The translations under genes and the position numbers were made by a program. Below are positions 20,217 to 30,015 of a DNA stretch of 64,000 nucleotides, in pieces; positions within the stretch are counted from its first letter, which is position 1; the number at the start of each line of letters is the position of its first letter. The stretch covers positions 8,079 through 72,078 of the forward strand of contig UQMA01000001.1 of assembly GCA_900542055.1 (NCBI GenBank). The letters are read 5' to 3'. Under the pieces are notes generated by a model that did no database searches, was not told the origin of the DNA, and worked only from the letters and a program-made list of their open reading frames with translations. Source of the DNA: an uncultured Azospirillum sp. (GTDB taxonomy: Bacteria > Pseudomonadota > Alphaproteobacteria > RF32 > CAG-239).

Positions 20217-21191
20217 ATGACCACTATTAACGAAATTGATTTTTCAGATATTTATATCACACCGGATCACACGGCATACATTCCCGACAACCGCACGCCG
20301 AACGGCTTAACGCGGTTAAAAGCAGATGATTTCAGTTATTTTTTTGAAAAAATTGAAAAAAATTATGATGGACAAAACCCGAGTTATTCTATTTTATACA
20401 ATAAAATATTTTACCGTATTGAACGCAGTATGACAATATACGGCGTTCAATATTGCGCACGAAAAATGCCTCGAGAAGTGCCTGGTTTTTCAAATTTAGG
20501 TTTTCCTTTAGAATTAAGAAAATATTTGCTTTCACTCAGCAACACGGCCGGCCTTATTTTATGGTCAGGTCCTACCGGAGCCGGCAAAACCACCGCTATT
20601 TCATCATTGATGAAAGAATATTTGGTAACCGAAGGAGGTTTTGCCTACACAATCGAAGATCCGTCCGAAATGCCTTTAGACGGCACTTATAATGCTGTTA
20701 ACGGAAGTTTAGGATTGTGCAAGCAAACGCAGCCGGTCAACGGCAATTGGGGAGAATGCCTGAAATCGGCGCTCCGTTCTAAACCGCGCTTTATTATGGT
20801 CGGCGAAATCCGTACTCCCGATACAGCCAGTGAGGTTTTGCGTGCTTGTACTTCAGGACACTTGGTTTTATCAAGTATTCACGCCAACAATGTTGCCGAT
20901 GCAATCAACTCCGTAATCAAATACGCTGCCTCAACCGGTATGACCGAAGAACTCGCTTATGACTTGTTTTCGCGCGGCATGCTGGCCGTTTTGCACCAAA
21001 CTCTTTCAGGAATAAAAAATAAAATGCCGCAAGTCAGCTACTTATTTGCTAATCCTGATACCACACAAGGCGATCAGGTTCGCGCTATTATCAAAACCGG
21101 AAAGCTGAATCTTGCGACTTCTATCGATACACAGCGTAGCCGTTTGAGTTTAGGCAAAGAACTCTTCCCAAAACTACATGTAACAGACTAG
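20217..21191 (+). CDS. PilT/GspE/VirB11-family secretion ATPase with an atypical N-terminal region
   Basis: Walker A GPTGAGKTT. Asp box region FIMVGEIRTPDT. His box GHLVLSSIHANN. Confidence 0.7.
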   Translation: MTTINEIDFSDIYITPDHTAYIPDNRTPNGLTRLKADDFSYFFEKIEKNYDGQNPSYSILYNKIFYRIERSMTIYGVQYCARKMPREVPGFSNLGFPLELRKYLLSLSNTAGLILWSGPTGAGKTTAISSLMKEYLVTEGGFAYTIEDPSEMPLDGTYNAVNGSLGLCKQTQPVNGNWGECLKSALRSKPRFIMVGEIRTPDTASEVLRACTSGHLVLSSIHANNVADAINSVIKYAASTGMTEELAYDLFSRGMLAVLHQTLSGIKNKMPQVSYLFANPDTTQGDQVRAIIKTGKLNLATSIDTQRSRLSLGKELFPKLHVTD

Positions 21192-21721
21192 CCTTTTTCA
21201 GCTTTAAGCTGATACATATATTCGATAACATCATCGCTGTCCCATCTAACACTGCCGCGAATACGCCCTATTTCTTGGCTTTCGCGGCTGACTAATACGC
21301 TCACCGGCGATGAAAAAATCCCCAATGCCGAAGCCAGCTGCTCTTTTTCATCCACATAAATTTCAAGATTATCTGCCTCGAACCGCTGCAAAAAGCGATG
21401 TTGCTCATCAAAACCGCCGTTCCACTCTCCTTTAGGCGAAATCATAATAACTCTGATACCGTCATTACGGGTTTTCTTCGAAAAACTGCTGAGGCTTTTA
21501 AGCTCTTTAATACAAGGCAAACAATAACGCGACCAAAAAACCGCTATAACAAAGTTTCCGGAAAAACTATCCAATTTTACCTTGTTTCCGCTCTCTCCGA
21601 TAATTTCCTTTTGAGGAACATCACGTGAAAATGCGTAAATATTAGCCTTATCTTTGGCGGCGGCATTTACCGCAAAAACCAAAAATAATAAAATCAGCGC
21701 TATTTTTATATTTATTTTCAT
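21188..21721 (-). CDS. Periplasmic thiol:disulfide oxidoreductase (TlpA/ResA-like thioredoxin fold)
   Basis: Signal peptide. WSRYCLPC (CxxC) motif. Confidence 0.75.
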   Translation of the reverse strand: MKINIKIALILLFLVFAVNAAAKDKANIYAFSRDVPQKEIIGESGNKVKLDSFSGNFVIAVFWSRYCLPCIKELKSLSSFSKKTRNDGIRVIMISPKGEWNGGFDEQHRFLQRFEADNLEIYVDEKEQLASALGIFSSPVSVLVSRESQEIGRIRGSVRWDSDDVIEYMYQLKAEKG

Positions 21722-21819
21722 CTTTTATTTAATAACTGTGTTTTATTTTTTGTATTTAATCTGTTTTAGGATAATATATAGCCATTACCGAAAAACATAC
21801 AAGCAAAAGGTAAAAAAAT

Positions 21820-21954
21820 ATGCAGAAACTGAATCAGATTGTATTGGCTGTTTTACTAATTGCAGCAGTTATAACCACAAGCAGCTGTGGCAAAATCTCC
21901 GCTCCTTCGGCTATTGAAGGCAGCGGTTATCCTCACAGTTATCCGCGCAACTAA
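21820..21954 (+). CDS. Small lipoprotein (44 aa), not in the ORF track
   Basis: MQKLNQIVLAVLLIAAVITTSSC|GK... is a lipobox-like signal. SD aagg precedes it. It ends 12 nt before the vWA gene. Confidence 0.4.
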   Translation: MQKLNQIVLAVLLIAAVITTSSCGKISAPSAIEGSGYPHSYPRN

Positions 21955-21966
21955 GGATTAGTACCG

Positions 21967-22659
21967 ATGAGTGCAGAAAACAATTTTATTGACGAAATGA
22001 TACCATATGTCGAATTTGCCGACAATGCCAATGAACGAACACCATGCGTTTTGGTGTTGGATTGTTCAGGCTCAATGCGGGGAGAACCCATAAAACAGCT
22101 TAACGTCGGATTGAAAGCTTTGGAACGCGAACTGAAAGAAGACATTGATGCCAGTTCCCGTGTTCAGCTCTTAATTATAAAAGCTTTCGGCAAAGACGAA
22201 ACCGAAGTGTCATCAGATTGGATTGACGCCATGAATTTTACCGCTCCGGAAATGGTAGCCGGCGGATTAACTCCTCTCGGCAAAGCTATGGAATTGGCTT
22301 TACAAAAAATAGAAGAACAAAAATGCCTCTACGACAGCTGCGGTATTACTTCAAAACGCCCTTGGATTTTTTTAATCAGCGATGGAGAACCGACTGACTA
22401 TGACTGGGAATCGGTTGCAAAAAAATGCTGTCAGGCACAAAAAAACAAAAAAGTAGTTATCCATGCTGTTGGCACTGAAGGAGCAAATCTTGAAAAATTG
22501 GCAAAATTCTCATTAATTTCGCCCAAAAGACTCAGCGGACTGAAATTTACGGAATTTTTCTTATGGTTGAGCCGCAGTGTATCCTGCATTTCAAAAGCGG
22601 CTCCAAATGCCTCTGATTTATTGGACGATACCGGAAATTGGGATGAAGAACAACACTAA
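21967..22659 (+). CDS. von Willebrand factor A (MIDAS) protein, TerY-like
   Basis: MIDAS DCSGSM (DxSxS), then T...D(G) in LISDGEPTD. 230 aa. Confidence 0.8.
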   Translation: MSAENNFIDEMIPYVEFADNANERTPCVLVLDCSGSMRGEPIKQLNVGLKALERELKEDIDASSRVQLLIIKAFGKDETEVSSDWIDAMNFTAPEMVAGGLTPLGKAMELALQKIEEQKCLYDSCGITSKRPWIFLISDGEPTDYDWESVAKKCCQAQKNKKVVIHAVGTEGANLEKLAKFSLISPKRLSGLKFTEFFLWLSRSVSCISKAAPNASDLLDDTGNWDEEQH

Positions 22660-23395
22660 TAATCACATAAAAGTATTGTCGGCCTGCGTCACCGGACCTA
22701 TGCATAAAATCAGGCAAATGCCTTGTCAGGATTATTGCCGCCATTCAACTCGAGGCGATAATTTTGTCGCCGTGCTCTCCGACGGCGCCGGTTCCGCAAA
22801 ATATGGACGCATCGGTGCAAAAATACTTTGTGATACCTTAATAGACCTTTTGCCCAATGTTCCTTTCCGCGATATAAAAACCTCAATTATAAATTCCGTT
22901 GAAGTTGCCCGTGAAAAACTTTTATTTCATCGCCTGAATTCGCGCAACAATCATCGCGGACTGATGGCTTTTTCGGCAACTTTAGTCGGAGTTGTTTATC
23001 ATAAAAACCACGGTATATTTTTTCATATAGGGGACGGAGCCGCATTAGCTTTTACGGGCAGCAATTTTTCCGAATATGTAGCTTCCAAACCCGAAAATGG
23101 TATTTTTTCCTGCGAAACATATTTTTACACAATGGATGATTGGCGCGACTGCCTACGTTTTACAACTTTCGAAAAAGCTCACACCATAATGATGATGAGT
23201 GACGGAGTAACCGGATTTTCATTTTCCTCCGACTATAAAAACATAGAACCGCGTTTTTTGTTGCCGATAGACAGATTTTTAAGTAAAGAACCTATAAAAA
23301 GCCGCGCCCGCCGCGCATTATACAACACGCTCGGCACACCGCAGGCACAAAAAATAAATCCCGATGATAAAACATTTTTGTGGGCAAAACTATGA
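22643..23395 (+). CDS. PP2C-family Ser/Thr protein phosphatase (PP2C_2-like)
   Basis: The start MKNNTNNH overlaps the vWA stop by 17 nt. Motifs SDGAGSAKYG, FHIGDGAALAF, MMMSDGVT. Confidence 0.75.
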   Translation: MKNNTNNHIKVLSACVTGPMHKIRQMPCQDYCRHSTRGDNFVAVLSDGAGSAKYGRIGAKILCDTLIDLLPNVPFRDIKTSIINSVEVAREKLLFHRLNSRNNHRGLMAFSATLVGVVYHKNHGIFFHIGDGAALAFTGSNFSEYVASKPENGIFSCETYFYTMDDWRDCLRFTTFEKAHTIMMMSDGVTGFSFSSDYKNIEPRFLLPIDRFLSKEPIKSRARRALYNTLGTPQAQKINPDDKTFLWAKL

Positions 23396-24870
23396 ACGGA
23401 CAGGAAATAAAATATAATGCCGTTTACGGAGACGGTTCTTTTGAACAAATTACTCTGGGCGAGCTGATCAACAAAGGCGGCGCCGCCGGAAAAATTGTTG
23501 AAGTGAAAGAACACCCGCAACTGGTTGCAAAAATTTTTCACAGCTTAGCCAAAAGCAGCACCAACCGCGAAAAACTGCAAGCTATGCTGCTCAACCGTCC
23601 GGCTTTTTCGCCGGCTTTGAAAAACGGCAAAGAATTTTTGGCCGATGACGGAAAAAAATATATTCAAATTGCATGGCCGGAAGCTATTCTGGAAAATGAA
23701 GAAGGGTTTTGCGTCGGCTATTTAATGCCTCGCATTGAACTGAATCGTGCCGCCTCATTAGACCATTTTATGCAGCGCGCAACCAGACAAAAACTAAAAC
23801 TTCCGGAAAATTACGAATATCGGATTCGCATCGCCTGCAATCTAAGTTCCATGGTCGCTGCATTACATGAAAAAGGACATTATATTGTCGATTTAAAACC
23901 TTCAAACGTTTATGTTTATAAAGAAAGTATGCTTATTTCCATGCTCGATTGCGATGGTTTTTCGATTTTGGGCGACAAAGCACGTTATCCTGCCGAATTT
24001 GTAAGCGAAGAATATATCTGCCCCGAAGGCATGGAACAGGGATGTGACGAAATGGGAGAAGAGCAGGATAAATTTGCTCTGGCTGTAATTATCTTCAAAC
24101 TTCTGAATAATGGTATTCACCCTTTTTCGGGAACGCCGCGCAAAAACAATTCCGCCCCTCTGACCATACAGGAAAGAATAGCGCAAAATCATTATGCTTA
24201 TGGTTCATGGGCTGATTTATATCAGGCTCCGCATCCATATTCCATCCATGATTATTTTGCAAAAGACACCCTCGAACTTTTTGATCGCGCCTTTGTCCGC
24301 GGTCTCAAGCGTCCGAGCGCACAGGAATGGGAACAGCACCTGCGGAAACTGATAGCCAATCTGCGCCACTGTAAAAAGAACCGCAACCACGTTTATTTTA
24401 CTTCCAAAGGCTGCGGGTTGTGCATAATGGAAGAAAAAATAAAAGCCAATCTCAGCGATATAAAAAAACAATTTCAAAATCCCAAAACTGTACGCGGCAT
24501 GGCCGTTGACAATTTGACACCTGAAAAAATAGCACAAAACAAAAACTTACAGCTAAAAAAACTTAAAACAGTCAATCAAATAAGCGCTGTTGTCATCGTG
24601 CTTTATATGATATTTTGGACTATGCTTTATCCGATACTCAGTCCGATTGCCTCCCAAATAGTTCACTTGGGCTTCGGATTGCAAATGATTTGTTTTATTT
24701 TGCTCATGAGCTTTATATATCACGGATTAAAAAAATTTTCCACCAGAGTACCTTTGTTGAGCCATCCGGCCGTAACGGCAGCATTATTTGTTTATTCGCT
24801 GTTTTGCACAGTCATAACTTTATTGGCTATAAACGACCTTCCCGTTGAAATGTTGATGTTAACAAAATAA
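23392..24870 (+). CDS. Hanks-type Ser/Thr protein kinase with a C-terminal Cys cluster and three C-terminal TM helices
   Basis: ATGA overlap with the PP2C stop. Gly loop GGAAGKIVEV, Lys VAKIFH, catalytic loop HYIVDLKPSN, DCDGFS (DFG-like). Then CKKNRNHVYFTSKGCGLC and three hydrophobic helices. Confidence 0.8.
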   Translation: MNGQEIKYNAVYGDGSFEQITLGELINKGGAAGKIVEVKEHPQLVAKIFHSLAKSSTNREKLQAMLLNRPAFSPALKNGKEFLADDGKKYIQIAWPEAILENEEGFCVGYLMPRIELNRAASLDHFMQRATRQKLKLPENYEYRIRIACNLSSMVAALHEKGHYIVDLKPSNVYVYKESMLISMLDCDGFSILGDKARYPAEFVSEEYICPEGMEQGCDEMGEEQDKFALAVIIFKLLNNGIHPFSGTPRKNNSAPLTIQERIAQNHYAYGSWADLYQAPHPYSIHDYFAKDTLELFDRAFVRGLKRPSAQEWEQHLRKLIANLRHCKKNRNHVYFTSKGCGLCIMEEKIKANLSDIKKQFQNPKTVRGMAVDNLTPEKIAQNKNLQLKKLKTVNQISAVVIVLYMIFWTMLYPILSPIASQIVHLGFGLQMICFILLMSFIYHGLKKFSTRVPLLSHPAVTAALFVYSLFCTVITLLAINDLPVEMLMLTK

Positions 24871-24938
24871 ATATATGCAAAAGCAATAATTTGTGTTATA
24901 TTCCGCAACGTTGTATAAAATTATGAAAGGTAAAAACT

Positions 24939-26336
24939 TTGTTAGATTTAAAACCGATTATGATTTCCGGCAAAGAAGTCTTGCCTCTTATTGAAGGAGG
25001 AAAAGGCATAAACGCCAGTGATGGCCGTAGCAGCGGTGCTTGGGCACATGAAAACTGTGTAGGCACTTTTTCTGGTGTAAGTCCGGATTTTTATGATGAA
25101 AAAGGAAATGTCGTTGCCGAGATTTTCACCAGAAAAACTCGTGCGGAACGCCATCAAGAAATGATTGAAATGGCTATTAAAGGCGGCATTGCACAAGCCG
25201 AAGTCGCTCACGAAATCTCAAACGGCAACGGACGCATCCACATGAATATGCTATGGGAAATGGCAGATTCGCAAGCCGTTCTGGAAGGCGTACTTTCTAA
25301 AGCAAAAGGACTTATCAACGGCATTACATGCGGTGCTGGCATGCCTTATCATCTCGGAGAATTAGCTACAAAATTCGGAGTTTATTACTACCCTATTGTA
25401 TCATCGGCACGCGCTTTTAATATTTTATGGAAACGCGCCTATAACCGTTTTACAGAATTTTTAGGTGGAGTAGTTTACGAAGATCCATGGCTGGCAGGCG
25501 GACACAACGGTTTGTCAAACGCCGAAAATCCTGAAAAACCGGAAACCCCGTACAATCGCATTGTGGAACTGCGCCGTTTAATGAATAGCTATGGTTTGAA
25601 CGCAATTCCTATTATTTTGGCCGGTGGAATTTGGTCATTAAAAGATTGGGAAAGCTATATTAACAATCCAGATATCGGAAAAATTGCTTTTCAGTTCGGA
25701 ACAAGGCCGATGATTACAAAAGAAAGCCCAATAAGCGAAGCTTGGAAAAAAGTAATGATGCACGTCAGAAAAGGCGATGTCATATTGCAGCGTTTCAGTC
25801 CGACAGGTTTCTTTTCTTCTGCGATAAAAAACACTTTTCTCGAAAAGCTGATTTTGCGCAAAAACGGTGAAATAGCCTTTAAAACACAAGCTGAAGGAGA
25901 ATATTCGGAACCTTTGAAAATTAATGATCATAAAACTGTTTTCATTAAATCGGCAGACAAAGAAAAAGCTATGAACCAAATTAACGCCGGTTTAACCGAA
26001 ATCAAAGAAACGCCGGATGAAACGGTTGTATTTATGACACCGGAAGACTGGGAACAAATGAAAGAAGACCGTAAAAACTGCGTAGGCTGTTTGTCACAAT
26101 GCCAATTTTCGACATGGTGCGCATCATCGCCAACTAAATCAACTGGAAAAATTCCGGATCCCCGCACTTACTGCATTCATAAAACCTTATACGAAGTCGG
26201 ACACGGCGGCAGCGTAAAAGACCATTTGTTGTTTGCAGGACATCAAGTTTACCGTTTTGCCACGGATCCGCTTTACCGCAACGGATGCATTCCGAGTGTG
26301 AAAGAGTTGATTGACCGCATTAAAAACGGCGAATAA
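24939..26336 (+). CDS. TIM-barrel flavoprotein of the nitronate-monooxygenase/FabK-like family with a Cys-rich C-terminal extension (tentative)
   Basis: GGKGINASDG, ILAGGIWSLKDW, C-terminal CVGCLSQCQFSTWC. Family assignment is by motif resemblance only. Confidence 0.4.
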   Translation: MLDLKPIMISGKEVLPLIEGGKGINASDGRSSGAWAHENCVGTFSGVSPDFYDEKGNVVAEIFTRKTRAERHQEMIEMAIKGGIAQAEVAHEISNGNGRIHMNMLWEMADSQAVLEGVLSKAKGLINGITCGAGMPYHLGELATKFGVYYYPIVSSARAFNILWKRAYNRFTEFLGGVVYEDPWLAGGHNGLSNAENPEKPETPYNRIVELRRLMNSYGLNAIPIILAGGIWSLKDWESYINNPDIGKIAFQFGTRPMITKESPISEAWKKVMMHVRKGDVILQRFSPTGFFSSAIKNTFLEKLILRKNGEIAFKTQAEGEYSEPLKINDHKTVFIKSADKEKAMNQINAGLTEIKETPDETVVFMTPEDWEQMKEDRKNCVGCLSQCQFSTWCASSPTKSTGKIPDPRTYCIHKTLYEVGHGGSVKDHLLFAGHQVYRFATDPLYRNGCIPSVKELIDRIKNGE

Positions 26337-26346
26337 ATATAATAAA

Positions 26347-26378
26347 TAAAAACCTCCGATTTTCATCGGAGGTTTTTA
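26347..26378. terminator. Hairpin aaacctccgat-tttc-atcggaggttt with T-run; bidirectional
   Basis: Between convergent genes. Confidence 0.8.
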
Positions 26379-26393
26379 TTTAACTGCGATAAA

Positions 26394-27107
26394 CTATTTA
26401 CGATCACCCATAATTCTGAGCAAAGCCATAAACAAGTTAATAAAATCAAGATACAATGATAATGCGCCAACAATAACTTTTCGTCCTTGCATATCGCTTG
26501 TATCCGAAGACATATAAATTTCACGAATTTTTTGTGTATCATAAGCTGTTAAACCTACAAACACAAAAACTGTTACAAATGACAAAGCATAATAAAAAGC
26601 TGAGCTCTGCATAAAAATATTAACTATAGAAGCAATAATAATTCCCCAGAGTCCCATACGTAAAAAAGAGCCCCAAGAAGTTAAATCGCGCTTTGTTGTA
26701 TATCCGTAAAGGCTCATTGCTCCGAAAGTTCCGGCTGTTATCAAAAACACCCTTGTCATACTCGCGCTTGTATAAACCATAAATATCGGAGCCAGCGAAA
26801 TTCCGATTAAAGCAGAATACAAAACAAAAACACCGCGAACCTGACTGAGTGTACCGCGTTGAACAACATGTCCGAAAGCAAAAACAACAATCAAAGGAGC
26901 CAGAAAAAACAGCCATCCCAAACCGGACATTCCGCCGCGGGCATCAAACATCATCCCGAGCATTGAAGTATTGGCAACGATAAAAGCTGCTAATGCCGTT
27001 ATCAGCAAACCACCGGCCATATAATTATATACACTAACTAAATAGCTGCGCAAACCTTCGTCTATGTCAGCTCTTTCCACTGCTGAAGTATAATTTCTTT
27101 CAAGCAT
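26394..27107 (-). CDS. Bax-inhibitor-1/YccA-family membrane protein
   Basis: 237 aa, 7 TM. Charged C-terminus characteristic of the family. Confidence 0.75.
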   Translation of the reverse strand: MLERNYTSAVERADIDEGLRSYLVSVYNYMAGGLLITALAAFIVANTSMLGMMFDARGGMSGLGWLFFLAPLIVVFAFGHVVQRGTLSQVRGVFVLYSALIGISLAPIFMVYTSASMTRVFLITAGTFGAMSLYGYTTKRDLTSWGSFLRMGLWGIIIASIVNIFMQSSAFYYALSFVTVFVFVGLTAYDTQKIREIYMSSDTSDMQGRKVIVGALSLYLDFINLFMALLRIMGDRK

Positions 27108-27176
27108 TTATTTCTCCCAATTATTAAAACTTTCTACAAATAATATAGTTTTTTTATTCATCGAAATCAAGCAGGA

Positions 27177-27887
27177 TTAAATATAGACATTCAATTTTGA
27201 GCCGTTTTCTTTAAGCCATTTTCTTCCATCAGCCGCATTTTTTGCCAAAACATCAACACATTGCCAAAATGCCGGCGAATGATCCGGATGTTTTAAATGC
27301 GCCGTTTCATGAGCGACCAAATAATCTATAACAAAATCCGGAGCCAGCATTATCCGCCAGCTGTAATTTATATTTCCTAAAGAAGAGCAACTGCCCCAAC
27401 GCGATTTTGTATCTTTAATAACCACTCGGTTGACTTTTTTTTCAATTAAAGCCGCTTTGGCTTCAGACATTTCCCAAAGCACTTTTTGAGCTTGTTTTTT
27501 TATAAAATCTTTAACACGGCGCGACAAAAAATCTTTTTCTCCTGAAACCAGTAGATTTTCCCCCTCAACTTGCACGCCGAAATACTGTTCTGGACAATGT
27601 CGGATTAAAAATTCTTTTCCGCCTATACTTATTTTATCCCCATCTGAAAAAGACTTTTGCAAAGGCAATTTTGCCAAATGTTCATCAATCCATTTTTTTT
27701 GAGATTTGACGAAAGCAAGCGCCTGCTGTTTTCCGCATCTTTTCGGAACAGTCAAAACCGGAATTCTGTTTTTGGAATCAATCCGCAACCCCAGCCTTTT
27801 GGCTCTGGCTGAAAAAACTATTTTCAGTTCAAAATTCAATTCATCAGTTAAATCAAACATCTTTCCAGTTAACAATGTAATTTTCAT
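27177..27887 (-). CDS. YgjP/DUF45-family zinc metallohydrolase
   Basis: HExxH within AHETAHLKHPDHSPAFW. Confidence 0.7.
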   Translation of the reverse strand: MKITLLTGKMFDLTDELNFELKIVFSARAKRLGLRIDSKNRIPVLTVPKRCGKQQALAFVKSQKKWIDEHLAKLPLQKSFSDGDKISIGGKEFLIRHCPEQYFGVQVEGENLLVSGEKDFLSRRVKDFIKKQAQKVLWEMSEAKAALIEKKVNRVVIKDTKSRWGSCSSLGNINYSWRIMLAPDFVIDYLVAHETAHLKHPDHSPAFWQCVDVLAKNAADGRKWLKENGSKLNVYI

Positions 27888-28359
27888 ATTCGTCGTCTTT
27901 TACTTCACTTTCAGAAATCAACAAACGTCCTCTGACCGATTGAAAAGCTTCGTGCACGCTATTTTTATTTCCACTTACCAGCGGATGCCACTCAGGCAAA
28001 TCCTTACCGTTTTCCAACAGCCAATAAGCACAGGTTTTAGGCAGCCAGCGCGGACGTTCTTTAAGCGCGGCGCGGTTAACACTTCGGCAATCAGGAACTT
28101 TTGCAAAACGGTTTTCATAAATTCGGCACAAACAACTTTTGCTGTCCAAAAAACGGCATTTAACACAGGTAAAATAAATTTTACCGCCGATTTCTAGTTT
28201 ATTCAGGCAACATTTTCCGCAACCATCGCAAAGTAACTCCCATTCTTGAGCTGTCATTTCATCAAGCTTTTTCTTTTTCCAGAATTCCGGCTCTACTTTA
28301 TTTTCATCGGCACGATATGTATTTTGCACAACAATCGTATATTGTTTTTTGTTATCCAT
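27853..28359 (-). CDS. YcgN/UPF0260-family Cys-rich protein
   Basis: CDGCGKCC...C...C pattern. 168 aa. Confidence 0.65.
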   Translation of the reverse strand: MDNKKQYTIVVQNTYRADENKVEPEFWKKKKLDEMTAQEWELLCDGCGKCCLNKLEIGGKIYFTCVKCRFLDSKSCLCRIYENRFAKVPDCRSVNRAALKERPRWLPKTCAYWLLENGKDLPEWHPLVSGNKNSVHEAFQSVRGRLLISESEVKDDEYENYIVNWKDV

Positions 28360-28363
28360 AAAA

Positions 28364-29827
28364 TTATCCTATTTGTTCAGGCAGTTGCTCATCACGAATA
28401 AAATTACCGAATTGCGCAAACTCACCGTTCCAAGATAAATCGACTTTTCCTGTAGGACCATGACGGTGTTTGCCGATAATAACTTCTGCGCGATATTTGG
28501 TCGCTTTCATTTTCTGCTCCCATTTATCATGCTTTTCCTGACTGTAATTTTTATCGGTTTCTTTCGGTTCTTCATTTTGAATATAATAATTCTCACGATA
28601 AACAAACAAAACAATATCAGCGTCTTGTTCAATAGAACCGGATTCGCGCAAATCCGACATTAACGGTCTTTTATCATCACGTTGCTCAACGCCTCGGTTC
28701 AGCTGTGATAAAGCGATAACCGGCACATTAAGTTCTTTTGCCATAATTTTAAGCCCGCGGGAAATTTCCGACAATTCCTGCACACGATTAGCCTCGCCTC
28801 TTTTTGAACTGCCCATAATCAATTGAATATAGTCAATAACTATAAGTCCTAATCCTTTGGTTCGTTTCAGACGGCGGGCGCGGTTGCGAATAGCATTGAT
28901 AGAAAGCCCCGGAGTATCATCAATATACAAAGGCATTTTTTCAAGTGAACGGATAACTTCCGCGATACGCCCAAACTCTCCGCTGTCAATATCGCCGTTA
29001 CGCATTTTTTGCGAAGAAATACCCGCTGTTGACGATAAAATACGCGTAGCAAGCTGATCTGCTGACATTTCCAAAGAAAAGAAAGCAACCCCGCGAGATT
29101 TATCTTCAAAATTTGCGCTGTCACGGCTCATTAATTCAGCAACATTATAAGCTATATTGGTAGCCAACGCCGTTTTTCCCATGGCAGGACGTCCGGCAAG
29201 AATAATCAAATCCGAATTATTCAAACCGCCGGTACGTTTGTCAAGATCATCCAGTCCGGTAGATATTCCCGAAATATTGCCTTCACGCTGATATGCTTTT
29301 TCTATTGTATTCAAAGACGCGGTTAAAGCTTCCGAAAAATCAACAAAGCCACGGCTTGCATCTCCTTTGTCAGACAAATCATACAATCTTTTTTCAGCTT
29401 CTTCAATTTGTGTTGCCGCGTTCGAATCAATATCTTCTTTCATAGCGTGGTTGACAATATCATAACCAGTCGCTATCAGTTCCCGCCGCAAATACTGCTC
29501 ATAAATATATTGCGCATAATATTCCGGATTTGTAAGCGGCGATGAACTTTCTGCCAATTTAATCAAATATTTATAGCCACCGACATCATTCAAAGAACCT
29601 TCTTGCTCAAAATAATTTTTCAGCGTTATTGTATCGGCAACATGTCCGCGCAAAATAAGCTTTGATATAACCTCGTAAATTTTTGCATGTATCGGATCTG
29701 CAAAATGGTTGGGCTTAAGATAGTCCGAAATCGATTCGAAAGCTTTATTATTTGCGAGCAATGCGCCCAATAGGGCTTGTTCAGCCTCAATATTCTGCGG
29801 TAAAGACGTGATGTCGGGCTTTTCCAT
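28364..29827 (-). CDS. dnaB: Replicative DNA helicase DnaB
   Basis: Walker A GRPAMGKTA, and the DnaB C-terminal RecA-like domain. Confidence 0.95.
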   Translation of the reverse strand: MEKPDITSLPQNIEAEQALLGALLANNKAFESISDYLKPNHFADPIHAKIYEVISKLILRGHVADTITLKNYFEQEGSLNDVGGYKYLIKLAESSSPLTNPEYYAQYIYEQYLRRELIATGYDIVNHAMKEDIDSNAATQIEEAEKRLYDLSDKGDASRGFVDFSEALTASLNTIEKAYQREGNISGISTGLDDLDKRTGGLNNSDLIILAGRPAMGKTALATNIAYNVAELMSRDSANFEDKSRGVAFFSLEMSADQLATRILSSTAGISSQKMRNGDIDSGEFGRIAEVIRSLEKMPLYIDDTPGLSINAIRNRARRLKRTKGLGLIVIDYIQLIMGSSKRGEANRVQELSEISRGLKIMAKELNVPVIALSQLNRGVEQRDDKRPLMSDLRESGSIEQDADIVLFVYRENYYIQNEEPKETDKNYSQEKHDKWEQKMKATKYRAEVIIGKHRHGPTGKVDLSWNGEFAQFGNFIRDEQLPEQIG

Positions 29828-30015
29828 TCCAAGATGACCTTTCTATAAAAAACTGTTTTCTTTCTTCTATCAAATAAAACCTATTTTTCAAAGCCAATTT
29901 TTGACAAATGTGATTCATTAAGTTCAAAAGCAATTTTTATCAATTTATAAGACTTGTTTTTACGAAAAAAATATTTTATTCTGCCTCCGTTTTCAAAAAA
30001 ATGACAGGATAAAAA

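Noticed and set aside
21654-21917. 87-aa plus-strand ORF upstream of the vWA gene
   Set aside because: It overlaps the TlpA start region and is low-complexity. The in-phase 44-aa lipoprotein ORF in another frame (21820..21954) has an SD and a lipobox, and is preferred.
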